Below, piece by piece: positions 12,394 to 25,680 of a stretch of DNA of 64,000 nucleotides (the first letter of the stretch is position 1; every line of letters starts with the position of its first letter). Origin of the DNA: Octopus sinensis. Its lineage: Eukaryota. Below the pieces are notes generated by a model that saw nothing but the letters and a program-made list of their open reading frames with translations, was not told the origin of the DNA and did not search any database. The DNA is taken from positions 65,162,001 through 65,226,000 of the forward strand of contig NC_043000.1 of assembly GCF_006345805.1 (NCBI RefSeq). The letters run 5' to 3'. A program made the position numbers and the translations under genes.

Positions 12394-13452
12394 TTCTCAT
12401 GCTGTAATAACGTTTAACAGAGAAGAGTAGAGTGAATTATCTTTCTATTTTCTGAATATTTAATGTATTATTGAGTTGATCCCATGATGCGTGTGTTTAA
12501 TAGCGTTATGCTCAGCATAAACATTCATTCAATATAAGAGGTAATGAGAAACTGTCCCCATCTTGCCTATTTATAATAATTTTTGATATATTTATTAACA
12601 AATATCGATAGTTTTAATGTGGGGACGTCTTGGGTTATGTATATGTATGAGTGTATGCGTGTGTATATAATATATAATGTATATGCTGTGTATGTACATG
12701 TGTGCATGTGTTAATATCTGTGGACATATGTACGATATATATTTATATACCTGTGTGCATATATATATATATTAGCGCATGTGTGCGCACATACACATGC
12801 TTATAATATATTTGTAAGGAAGATATGTTTAGTGTTTCTAAATATTAAATATTTGATAATTTTGATATAAATTGTCAAATGTAATCTTACAACGATACAA
12901 TCTGTTCTCTTCACTTGTCGATTTACCTAATCTGTAGCGAAACCTGTAGTAACCTTACTCAACCTGAAGCTTGAGTCAATAGTCTTTTCTTTGAATTTTT
13001 AGCGTGTCTCTGGCCCTAGTATAGTTACAAGTTCTTGGCTCCAATGAGTTGTATATAAAACAGTGGAAAGAAATACAAGAAAATGAGATGCAATTCAATC
13101 GCTAAAAGAATTTGTATGGCAATTGTTGGTTACATCATGATGATTCTGTCAGAATGAAATATATATATTTGCTTCTCATATCATTCGGAACTTGGTGATG
13201 TGTACTGGGCAGACAGGGACAAAAATACATGATATCGCTTCTTGCAGCCTCTCATATTGTCTCTGCTTACATGTGCATGGTAAACAGGAACACATATAGC
13301 GTGCCAAAGCTACCTGCAAATAACACTCCTCTCTCCTCATGTCTTCCCTTCTCATTGGTGACAATAGGAAAAATCATTCTATTCATTGACGATTAGAGGC
13401 TCCAGAGAGTAAGCATTATTTTGCTACGCTTCGTTGGCTTGTCAAGTGATTC

Positions 13453-13585
13453 GATTGGACAACTAACATATCCAATCATAACAACGGAGTTGGTCAATGT
13501 GTTACACGATCACATGACTGGGTCACGTGACCAGTGGTAGAAAACTTGCGTATGAGCTATTTTCTGGCTATTTAAGCCTACACAG
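13453..13585. promoter_or_regulatory. Promoter-like module: two opposed CCAAT boxes plus two E-boxes, followed by a + strand donor
   Basis: GATTGG 13453-58, CCAATC 13472-77, TCACATGA 13510-17, palindromic GTCACGTGAC 13522-31, CAG|GTAATA at 13585/13586. Located in non-repetitive sequence. Confidence 0.45.
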
Positions 13586-14479
13586 GTAATATATGACAAA
13601 CAGTTCCGCTACAAATTCTTCATATAAAGAAGAATGATGTTTTTATTTTATACTTAGAAATAAAGTTCAGCCATTAAAATTCATATATGAGCGCGAAATA
13701 AAGATTTGCGGCTAGATGTTTTGGAAAAGTATTCTGTTATAAGTTTGAAGATCTATTTATAACTTAGCTACAAAGTTCAGATAAGATTCACAATGGAATA
13801 GTCTCTTACATCTTTGACGATATTGCTGCACACTCAGATATCCGAAACTGCTGTCTCTCCTTTCTAGCTTCTCAACATATGCTATAAGTCACTGCTTTCG
13901 AAATTGGTTGTTCTCGTTCCCCTTCCAGTCAGATACTTTCAATTTAGTCGTCCTTCATTTCCTTTTCATCCATGTTTCGTCCACTTCCAGAGCTCAACAC
14001 TAACTACTACAACCAGTTCTTCTTGCCCTGAACATCGACCGTCAGTAACTCCCACCCTGTACATGTCTTTCAAGTAGTCGTCAACTCGCAACAGCTTAAA
14101 CAGAACGTTAAAGTCATCATTCTTACTGGTCTACCTCTTCTTCCAGGTCTATCAAATAGAAAAAGCTAATAAATTTTCTCTCTCTCACTAATTTTCAATG
14201 AAATATTTACATTCACAAAAATATCAAGTCTGTTGCATTTGCTCTGTGATAGAACTTTTGGGAATGTTCCACTAATATTTATCTCTACTCAATTGCAGAG
14301 ATATTAAAGATGAGCATATTGAAACTGATGGAATGACAAAATGTTAATGGAACCGAAAAATAAAAAACAGTAACCAAAAAAAAAAAACAAAAAAAACCTG
14401 CTATTGTTGTTTAGGATACAATGTTTCTATCGAAACATTAGGGTTCTATCGAAGACAGTTTTAAACCGGAAACCTTTAT

Positions 14480-16015
14480 TTTACCGACTGGGTGTAAGGT
14501 CCGATGTTAAAACGCGTGTCTTACTCAGGACAATAATGTCATTAACATGATTGTAAAATAACTGGTGAGACTATAGTAATAAACATGATGGATCAACAAC
14601 ATGTCGATTACGCTAGGAAATACAGACTTTGATGTCAGATTAGTCCTGTTTTGGGATAAATTTTGGTCGCTGATTCTAAATATGCCGTCGGTTTTTGAAA
14701 AACGTTTTCTCGCTAATAAAGGCTGGTTCGAAAGGTTTCACTTGAATCCGCACTATAAGAAAATGTTTGGTGAAGCTTCCGGTGCTGATACAGAATTACT
14801 AATTATCCTGAGCAGTTGTAGAAAGGGGATTGTCCACCAAAGCTAGTGTACAATGTTGATGAAACTGCACTTTTCAGGAAGAGCATGACTGTTAGAACTT
14901 TTATTTCTCGAGAAGAAAAATCAACACCAAAAATCGTCTGACTCTTCTGGGAGGATATGTCGCCAGTGATATGAAATTAAATCTCCTACTCATGTTTCTC
15001 TCCGAAATGGTTACTCAAAGTTTAATCCGAAAGATTCATCTACCTTTGATTTTGCATTCAAATAAGAAGGCATGGGTGACTAAGAGTCTTTTGAAAGAGT
15101 TGTTTGCAAACATTTTTTTCGTTCTGCAGTTGAAAGGTACGGTGCCAAGTATAATATTTCCGAAAAAGCATTGCTCCTTTTAGACAATGTGCTAGATTCA
15201 CTCAGTGAATTTAAATAAGCTTCCTGATAAAGTCAGAGTAAAATATATATTCAAGAATGAAACTTTTTGCTCCAACCAATGGATCAAGGTGAGATTAGAA
15301 ACTTCAAAGCATATCATCGGAGGAGAACATTCAAGCAACTTATGACCGCAATTGACAGGAGGAAAATCCTGCAATTAATTCAAAACAGTGGATGATATGG
15401 ATAACATTGCTGAATGATGGGATGAAGTGAAGCTTAAAACTCTGAATAGTGCTTGGCCAAATTGTATCCGTGACTTTTCAAATTTTTTTACAAACAGAAA
15501 GTCTAGATCAAATTTACAAAAAATATTGTGATACTTGCAGGTGAAGAAGTCATAGAGGATAATGTGATTGAGTTGCTTCAGTCCCATAGAAAAAGTTACC
15601 AAACGAGGAGCTGATGCTATTAGATCAAGAGCAACCTGAGAATGCAGATGAGAATACGGAAATTCCACGAGTTCCGTTTGAATGGAGAGCAAAGAATATT
15701 GCTAAAGAATTGGCATTTAAATAGAAGGATCTGTAAGTTTTTACTGATAATAACACTAATCATGGAAGTATCACAAAAATTTCAAGAGGAGGTTACACTC
15801 CACCCAAGTTTACAATCCCTAGAATGAGTTGTACAAAGAGATGATGCTCCTCAAACATCAAATAACTCAGGCAGATGTTGATGATGAGCAACCATAAGAT
15901 AGAAGATCGTGTACCTCATCCGCCCAGTAACCGTCACACATCAGTCAAAATTCTCTCTGCTAAGAACATATCCTATTACGATTCTCATTTCCTAACGTAT
16001 TTCTCTTCTGCGTAC
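14480..16015 (+). mobile_element. Degenerate pogo/Tigger-like transposase remnant
   Basis: Motifs across frames: FLANKGWFERF, GEASGAD, VYNVDETALF, RLTLL, NKKAWVT, LLLLDN, LQPMDQGEIRNFKAY. Many frameshifts. Boundaries approximate. Confidence 0.85.
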
Positions 16016-16571
16016 GTTTAGAAATTGTTATTTTCATGCATAAAATTAGTTTTCTTCCTCGTTTTTTTTTTTTTATCTTGTTCATTTGCTTTTCCTTTTT
16101 CGTTATAGAAAACATCCGACAGAACGCATCTCAATTTATAACATGAAAATTAATAAGAAATTTGATTTCGCTTTACGGGATTTCACATTTCGTCGAAATC
16201 TTCAGGAACTCATTACGCCTCTAACACGAAGCTTTCCTGAATATATAACTATACAGATATATATGTATACACACACACACACATGCACACACACACACAC
16301 ATGCACACACACACACACACATACACACAATTGCACGCACGCACACACGCATACATACACACGCGTAGATATATATAAATAGATATATATATATACATAA
16401 AATAACCTACTCGAATATATATATAGAATCTCTCTCTCACACACACACTCATATATATATGTGTGTGTGTATGTGTATATATATACACACACACACACAT
16501 ACATATATATATTTATTTATACACATATACATAAATATATATATACACACACATGCACACAAACATACATC

Positions 16572-16608
<37 letters not shown>

Positions 16609-16633
16609 CGTATATCATGTATATATATTCACG

Positions 16634-16672
<39 letters not shown>

Positions 16673-17015
16673 CACGTATATCATGTGATAAATGTTTGAA
16701 TGGGGTATAATAAAATTCCATGCATAATAAAATTTAGAAATCAATGAGTGATGTTTGAACATTGAGTTACACAGTAGGCAGCGAGTCAGTCTCATAATCC
16801 AAAACATTAATGTTCAGTTTAACAATAAATTTAAATCAGGCTACTCTTTCTAACCCACGTTTATCAAACTAAACTGATCTTCTATGCTAATCCTATTAGA
16901 ATAAGTTTTCTAAAGCAAATTCTGCAATTTCTTGCATAATAGTTGGAAGCTTAGACTGTGCAGAAAGAAATACATCTTATGAGTGTAGTAGCACTACTGC
17001 ATCAGCAGACACACA

Positions 17016-17039
<24 letters not shown>

Positions 17040-17061
<22 letters not shown>

Positions 17062-17468
17062 TATGTTTATGTACAAGGTGTCTCATCGTAGTGGGACGTG
17101 TGAGAGTTGTTATGTGTAATAAACTTTCATTAAACGTGCTTCTTCCGGCCTTTGTGACTTGCGTTAAAAATTATGTCCCATCATTATAATTATACATATA
17201 TGCATAAACACATACAATCATACATACATACTTACATATGTATGTATATGTAAATACATATAAGCATATACTATATATATATGTATGTATATATATATAC
17301 ATATAAGCATATACTATATATATATATATGTATGTATATATTATATATATTTATTTATATATATATATAATATATATTTATTTATATATATATATAGATA
17401 ATATATATATATACATATAAGCATATACTATATATATATGTATGTATATATATATATATTTATTTATA

Positions 17469-17533
<65 letters not shown>

Positions 17534-17719
17534 GCATTTATATATAAGCGCGCACGCACATATATGTATGTAGGTACACACTTTTATATATATATCGAAA
17601 CTTTGAAGTCATTGATTAATGTATATATAGACTTAGAAAGAACTTGAAACTATTCTTATATATATATAAATGTATGTATGTATGTTTTTATATATATATA
17701 TAAATGTATGTATGTATGT

Positions 17720-17753
<34 letters not shown>

Positions 17754-17792
17754 ATGTGTGTGTATGTATATATGTATGTATATGTATGTATG

Positions 17793-17842
<50 letters not shown>

Positions 17843-18605
17843 CATATATAGTTTTTGTAAGTCTGAACATAAGGACATAGAGTAGTGTGTGTGTGTATAA
17901 ATAATGATTTTATATTCGGGCTATACGGCCTGTAGTGTATTGTTTCAAGCCCTTTCGCAATATCCAGCTACCTGATGTCAACAAAAGTATGGAGGCATAC
18001 GCAATTGGATTTACTTCGTGAAAGACTACGAACTCCGTAGATTTTATAAAAAGTATGATAGAAATAAAGCGAAATTCAGCGAGACTCTTACTTAGAGAAA
18101 CTGCGATCGTTTCGACCTATAATGCAGCAGTCACCTTAGGAAACGCATCTGCAGCTACACTGCATCATAACAATTTGTACAGCATCTCATCTGCAAGGTT
18201 CTGGACTAAAATGGGACGTAAACACACCAACATCGGTTGTCAAGTGTTGGTGAGTGGACAAACACAGACACAAAACAACACACACACACACACACACATT
18301 ATGTTTATGTACAAGGTGTCTCATCGTAGTGGGACGTGTGAGTTGTTATGTGTAATAAACTTTCATTAAACGTGCTTCTTCCGGCCTTTGTGACTTGCGT
18401 TAAAAATTATGTCCCATCATTATAATTATACATATATGCATAAACACATACAATCATACATACATACTTACATATGTATGTATATGTAAATACATATAGC
18501 ATATACTATATATATATGTATGTATATATATATATACATATAAGCATATACTATATATATATGTATGTATATATAATATATATTTATTTATATATATTAT
18601 ATATA

Positions 18606-18658
<53 letters not shown>

Positions 18659-18713
18659 CATATAAGCATATACTATATATATATGTATGTATATATATAT
18701 ATATTTATTTATA

Positions 18714-18746
<33 letters not shown>

Positions 18747-19043
18747 CTATATATATATATATATATGTATATATATGCATTTATATATAAGCGCGCACGC
18801 ACATATATGTATGTAGGTACACACTTTTATATATATATCGAAACTTTGAAGTCATTGATTAATGTATATATAGACTTAGAAAGAACTTGAAACTATTCTT
18901 ATATATATATAAATGTATGTATGTATGTTTTTATATATATATAAATGTATGTATGTATGTTTATATATATATATATATATATAGTTATATATATATATGT
19001 GTGTGTATGTATATATGTATGTATATGTATGTATGTATGTATG

Positions 19044-19075
<32 letters not shown>

Positions 19076-19540
19076 ATATTATATATATATATAATCATAT
19101 ATAGTTTTTTTGTAAGTCTGAACATAAGGACATAGAGTAGTGTGTGTGTGTATAAATAATGATTTTATATTCGGGCTATACGGCCTGTAGTGTATGTTTC
19201 AAGCCCTTTCGCAATATCCAGCTACCTGATGTCAACAAAAGTATGGAGGCATACGCAATTGGATTTACTTCGTGAAAGACTACGAACTCCGTAGATTTTA
19301 TAAAAAGTATGATAGAAATAAAGCGAAATTCAGCGAGACTCTTACTTAGAGAAACTGCGATCGTTTCGACCTATAATGCAGCAGTCACCTTAGGAAACGC
19401 ATCTGCAGCTACACTGCATCATAACAATTTGTACAGCATCTCATCTGCAAGGTTCTGGACTAAAATGGGACGTAAACACACCAACATCGGTTGTCAAGTG
19501 TTGGTGAGTGGACAAACACAGACACAAAACACACACACAC
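17040..19540 (+). repeat. Tandem duplication, two near-identical ~1.24-1.25 kb units
   Basis: Unique anchors repeat: ATTATGTTTATGTACAAGG at 17061 and 18299; ATGATAGAAATAAAGCG at 18055 and 19309. Differences are mostly microsatellite length and 1-2 nt indels. Confidence 0.95.
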
Positions 19541-19640
19541 ACATGGATATATACATATATATATATACGACGGGCTTTTTTCCGTTTCCGTCTTCCAAAT
19601 CCACTCGGAAGTCTTTGGTCAGCTCGAAGAAGACACCTGC
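19465..19640 (-). mobile_element. SINE family B, partial
   Basis: GGGACGTAAACACACCAACATCGG, a microsatellite, then CCGTCTTCCAAATCCACTC. Confidence 0.8.
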
Positions 19641-20811
19641 CAAACAGTCTCCTTATCACACAGGTTGGTGAGAGAGGTTGTCGGAGGTTGGCGAGAGGCA
19701 AAGACATTATTCTGCTTAGCGAAGGTATCTGTGAAATGTGTAACTGCTGTCATTCACAGAAAAACTATTGTTTTACCGTGAGAAAAGCGCTGTTGAAGTG
19801 TTAAGTGAAATTTGGAAATCGAGGATCGGATCCACGCTATGTCTGCATGAAGCCACTATAAATATATTGTGAAATAAAAAATTTATCTTCTGTCATGGAA
19901 AAAGTGTAACTGTAAAAATGCAGAATTATCGGAATAATGGGCATTCAAAAATGTATGTACGTATATAAATGTATGAATGAAGTCTTTAAGGTTTAAGATT
20001 CAAATTAAGGAAATGCAATAATAATGTTTATCAGTTCAAAACTGTGAGTAGTGAAATGCAGAATTAGGTCGGATGATCGTGAGAACAAATATTGATCGCT
20101 TCGCTAAAATCTGCAGGTGGTATGGGTTATTTCCCTTGGCTTGTTTAAATAAAATATTAGTAACATGTAGTAGATAGAAGGATCTATTGGAAGGGCCCTA
20201 TTATCGATTTTTTTCAGCAATCTAAGTATGTCATGAGGTTTCTAAACATGAGTTCTACTCACGTGTCAAATAAAGTATAAAAGTGATATTGTATGTAAAA
20301 CTTAGAAATAGGATACACAAAAAAATCAATATTCAAAGTACATAAACAATGAAATGGGATATTTCCCTTAAGTGTTTAAAAAATATTGTACAGGTGCTAC
20401 GGGTTATTTCCCTTGGCCGTATTATCGATTTTTTTCAAGAATCTAAGTATGTCACGTGGTTCTGGGCATGAGTTCTACTCACGTGTCAAGTTTCATCAAA
20501 ATCAATAAACGATGTCACATACAAACACACACCGAATTTCCACATATGTAGTAGATATATATACATAAAAATAATTTCACGTTCTTTCTAAGTCTATAAA
20601 TTCTTATGACATCAACCAGGCACCCACACACACACACTCACGAACGAAAGCACACATGCTCTCTCTCTCTCTCTTTCTCTCTCTCACACGCACACACACA
20701 TACATACACACACATTCACACGTGAATATATTGAAGTTAGAAAATGCAGAAGGTGTTTTTGAAATAACCATTGGGGCATATGGGTGTGTTTGTGTGTGTA
20801 TGTGTGTGTGT

Positions 20812-20873
<62 letters not shown>

Positions 20874-21254
20874 GTATGCAGGCGCGCGAGCGTGTATGCG
20901 TGTTATCTAAACAGATTGCTAGCTTTATGGGTCATTTAGAGGTGCTAAGGTGTTGGAAACGTAGTCAAGTGAGAGTGATACTTAGTTTATATTCTGTTGC
21001 TTTCTTCAAATTCTTCGGTTTCCCAGCTTTCAAATGGTTTAGATAACAGAAGTTGAGAATTCTGTTTTAAAAGAAAAAGCAAGCAATAACGTATGAAGCC
21101 GTATTTGGAGATGAGATTGATTACAAAAGATTGATTACAAAAGCAACCATCTACGCAATTTAAAGAACTTTGGAAATAATACTGACGAACCAAAATAGTA
21201 TAAGTATAGCTACAATAATTTGTGGGTTTTCACAGCTATTATTATTATTACTAA

Positions 21255-21431
21255 GCACCAGTTAAGTACTGGGGCCGATGTAATCGACTTATCCTGTCCT
21301 CTGAAATTGCTGGTCTGGTGCCAAAATTCGAAGCCATAGTTATTATTATTTATTATCAGTCAAATACTGAGGTCAATGTGATCGACTGTCCCTCTCCTCA
21401 CAAAATTCAGGCCTTGTACCTATAGTAGAAA

Positions 21432-21467
<36 letters not shown>
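21255..21467 (+). mobile_element. SINE family A 3' fragments ending in an (ATT)n tail
   Basis: Two ATGTAATCGACT...GCCTTGTACCTATAGTAGAA-type tails, each followed by (ATT)n. Confidence 0.8.
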
Positions 21468-21468
<1 letters not shown>

Positions 21469-23235
21469 GACGTCGCACAGTATACATTATCGTGAAGTTG
21501 TTGATTGAAGATATTGTGTCTACCGGGGCTTTGTACTGTTTGTCAAGTAACAACAAGGACCTCAGGCAGACAGTGCTTTACACAATATGCGTGCAGTTCC
21601 AAGTAGTGCCGACTTTTGCAATACATCTAGATTGTAGGGTGTCTCTAAGGTTTTCAAGTGTTTTATCAGATTGGGGGTATTGAACCCAATGCTCCGATGA
21701 CAATAGGGATAACCTTTATGCTCCTCTCTCGTATCTTAACCATCTCAATTCTTAGGTCTCCATATTTATCCATAATTCTCATTCGTTCATGATATGTTGA
21801 TCATCTGGTACTGCCACGTCGATTATTAGGTACTCTTGTTTGTCCCTCCTAAAGGTAACTATATCCGGCCTTCGGTGCTCTAACACTTTGTCTGGAAATC
21901 AAAGTCCCAGAGGATTTTTTGTCTTCCCCTTTTCGTCCATTACCTTTTCCGATGTATGTTGGTACCAAACACCCGTAACCTCATATCCATACTTACGGCA
22001 TAGTAGCCAGTGGAGGTTTTGGGCTACGTTGTCGTGTCTACGCTTGAACTCTTTCTGCGCAAGACTTTCACAAGCACTAACATTGTAAGTCACACTTTCG
22101 ACCCTCTCCCACACATTCTGCAGAGGTCCGATGCACTTGTGTAGTATATATTCTTTTTCACTGAGTTGGTATTCAATGCCTGGTCCTGGGCCGCGATGAT
22201 TAGGCTTTCAGTATTCTCTTTTAGGTCATTCTTGTTGAGCCACCTCCATGATGCTTCCTGGTCTTTCAATTTGTTGGTTTCACAGTGGAACTGCTCTCTC
22301 GTTGGCTGTTCTTGTTCGGAATTCATGAGCATTTTCAAGTCCACTTTTGTTAACTCCTTCAACACTAGCAGCATACTGTAGCAGGTCTTTTCTGTTTACC
22401 GCATATTCTGCTATGTTTCTTCTTTCACTGTTGATGCACTCCCGTACGCTAATCAGCCCATATCCACGCTTACCTCTCTTCATGTAGAGCCTGTGTACAT
22501 TTGTCTTTGGGTGGCGGGCATCATGCATTGTCATTGTCTTCCGGGTAGTGCGATCGAGTTGGTCAATCTCTGCTTGTGTCCATCTCAGGATAGGTGCACT
22601 ATAGCGGACTACATCAATAGCCCATATGTCGATGGCAGTCACAAGGTCCCTTATGTTGAGCTTTGATTTCAAGAGAAGTTTGAGGCGCTTGAAATATTCA
22701 GTGATGACCTTGTCTTTCATTTCTCAGTGCAAGATATTGTCCAGCTCCGGGATCCCAAGGTACTTGTACCCATCATCATCCAGGTCTTTGATTCTCTCTC
22801 CGTTTGGCAATTCTATGCCCTACAATTTACTCTTTTCCCTCGCTTCAAAGTAAGCACCGCACACTTCGAGATACCGAATTCCATCTCTATATCCTTGCTG
22901 CACATTTGCAACCAGCCTCTCCATTTCAGGCACTGTTTTGCTCTGTTTTTGCAAGCAATTTTAAATCATCCATGAAGAGAAGGTGGTTGAGACGAGGTCC
23001 GTTCTTTCTCAGTTCATTGTACACGTTTATTTTACGTAGGACTACAGAAAGTGGGATCAAGGCTATAACAAATAACGGAGGTGAACAAGAATCTCCTTGG
23101 AATATACCACTTTTGATTGTTACTTCGGCTAAGTGCTGGTTGTCACAGGAAAGACGCGTTTTCCAACTAGGCATGCTGTTCTTAATCAGTGTACACAGGT
23201 TTTCAGCTATTCCACGCATGTCGAGTGTTTCCACG
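21468..23235 (-). mobile_element. 5'-truncated R4/Dong-clade non-LTR retrotransposon (RT, Zn knuckle, RLE), degenerate
   Basis: Motifs GIFQGDSCSPPLF, HLLFMDDLKL, LHPKTNVHRLY-like, TESLIIAAQDQAL, CRMC...RRHDNVAQNLHW. The 3' end runs into (AAT)n on the minus strand. Confidence 0.93.
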
Positions 23236-23850
23236 AATGCAGGTTACCTTGAACATTTCGTATCCTAAGATGAGCCAGAGACAAAGAGACAATCTATACA
23301 GTAGAAATACCCTTCCTCACCTGCTCCAAAGAAGGCCGACGTCGTTTCCTCTACAGGGAAGGTGATGGCCTCAGTTTTTTTTTATGCAAAGGCTCTGTGC
23401 TTATTGACTATCTTCAAAAGTGCCACACCATCAGTGGGGAATCCTATGTCAACTTACTGAGGCAGTTACAAAAGGCTATCAGTTCCATATGCTCAGGAAA
23501 ACTGATGGAAAGGGTCTTGTTTCATCAAGACAATGCTCCAACACAATTACTATTGTGCGTGACTGTGGCTTTGAACTTGACTGAGGCTTTGAACAGCCTC
23601 CTTATTTTCCTGATTTGGCCCCATCTGACTATAATCTCTTTTCCGACAGGAAAAGACATTTGATTGGGAAGCAATACCGTAGTAATGATGACGCCATATC
23701 TGCTGTTAATGATTTTTTTGACCAACAGGATGAAAGTTTCTGCACCAATGGAATCCAAGCACTGCAAGAGCTACGGAAGAATAAACCTCATTTGATAATA
23801 TTCCGTGAGAGTATCTTGGTCAGCCTATGAACTTTTCAGACGATCCTCGG
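23236..23850 (+). mobile_element. Mariner (DD34D-type) transposase 3' half with right end
   Basis: EPETKRQS, GKVMASV, LIDYLQKCHTISGESY, LFHQDNAP, APSDYNLF; terminal GGTCAGCCTATGAACTTTTCAG. Confidence 0.9.
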
Positions 23851-25429
23851 ACTTAGATGCTGCTTTGTTGGCATGTGTTCTCAAGTTTCGTTATTGGAAA
23901 AGACTGCTAGAAGAGTATGTTGGATCCAACAAAGTGAAAATAAATGCCTAACGGAATAATAACGGTTTCTCAATTTCAGTTATTGGGCATTGGCATGGTT
24001 GTGTGTAGTAAGAAGTTCGTTTGGTAGATGCAGGGATCTGTGTTCAAACTTTCAAGCGGCAACTTGGTCAAGTACCTTCTATTATAATCGTTGTTCAACC
24101 CGAGTCTTGTAAATAAAATTGGGTCGGTGGAAATTGTAGGGAAGCCTGTCGGATGGCAAACTATATCTGTTGCCCGCTTTAAAACGACCACCAGTATCCC
24201 GAAGATTTACTCAGTTGGGACCACTGAAATCGGGTCTCCGAGCTGATTTTACTCGATATTTTCCTCTCTTCACCTCACCCCAAAAAGTGATCTTGAAGGC
24301 CCTGCAGAAAGATCATATGAGCTGTATTTCATCCTTTAATTCATAAAATACGCATTTTTCCCCAACGGTTGACGTATTCTAGTTAACAGTACATTTTTAT
24401 TACGTCATTTCCAATTTGCAAAATTTACTCCCAGAGTCACAACAGAAACTCATAAACAACGAAGAAAAGCTAAATCTAATTTCTTCATGGAGTCATAGAA
24501 TTTTCTTTTCGAAACGGTGCAGCATTACATTAAAATATATTTGAGAAATAATTCTGTATTTGAACAAAACAAAAACAAAAAAAGGTGGGGGAGAAAAAAC
24601 AGGAAGAAAAGAATTACATTCTGATAGCCAGACGACGATCAATTTTTTTATCTTTGTAGAACGACATTCCTCTTATATCTATAAATGGTGAGTATCCCCA
24701 TTTTCACAACAAGCGATCTAAAAACAACATTGTGTTTAAGCTGTTTCTACTCTGATGTACAAGTTATAAGGTCATTTGCTGCACTCCTCTATCAAAATTG
24801 TATATCTTAAATCATTTCATATGTTAAATTCCCACGCAGATAATATATTGTGAAGACGAATACTAAATACACTTAATTCTGCCATTGAGTTATAAAGTTT
24901 TTCGTATTATATCGAAGAGAAATATTTCAAAATGTATTTGAGAAAACATTCTGTGTTCGAACGATAAATTATATCAGACAAATACAGATCAGACCCTAAT
25001 CAATTTTAATCTTTGTTGAATGACAGTTTCTTATTATTTATCTCTATTAATAATGACTATTCCTACTTTCACATGCAACTTACAAAAATAAATAAATAGA
25101 TAAATAGGATGAAAAATTAGAATTAAAAAATAAAAATTTAAAAACTAAGAAGAAGAAAAAGACTTAAGTTGCTTTTATTCTACTGCAGATATGTAATGCC
25201 ATCTGTAGTCTGCTTTAATACTACCACTCGTAGCCCAAAGATGAATTTTAATAGGTCTACTCTGTTGGAAGCTTTCAAGTCGGGTCTCCAGTCTCAGAAT
25301 TCTCAATGTCTTCCTCTCTTTCCTCCACCAATTATGAATGGCTCAGAGAGGAATAAGCACTATCATTTTACGAGCCAGTTGTAGTCTTTGTAAAGTATAA
25401 TTGGCAACATTTCATAACATAGACATTAT

Positions 25430-25680
25430 TGATTAGAATGTTGCAGAAAAGAATCGCAAGACGGATTCTTCAAACCAAGCCAACTGGCAGGAGACTCAGA
25501 GGAAGACCAAGAATGAGTTGGATGCGTAATATGCATAAACCCTGTTGGTCTCCCTTGGGAAATCAGCTGGAAAATTTAATGACGGCTGCTTCTCATAGAA
25601 CCCTATAGAGGAAGTGCCTGACTCTATACCCACAAATCTCACAGGAACTCTCACAGGAATCGTGGGCGGAGAAGATGGAT
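25430..25680 (+). mobile_element. RTE-clade LINE 3' fragment
   Basis: RMLQKRIARRILQTKPTGRRLRGRPRMSW matches the RTE C-terminal G.R.RGRP..W signature. Confidence 0.7.

Noticed and set aside
18055-19671. ORF MIEIKRNSARLLLRETAIV present twice
   Set aside because: The duplication explains the repeat; the ORF runs into a SINE and microsatellite and has no recognisable domain.
20987-24301. Minus-strand exon candidates 24279-24301 and 21063-20987 (also 6323-6368 and about 12975-13026)
   Set aside because: Good-looking splice sites, but several frames are open and no unique phase chain or recognisable product emerges.
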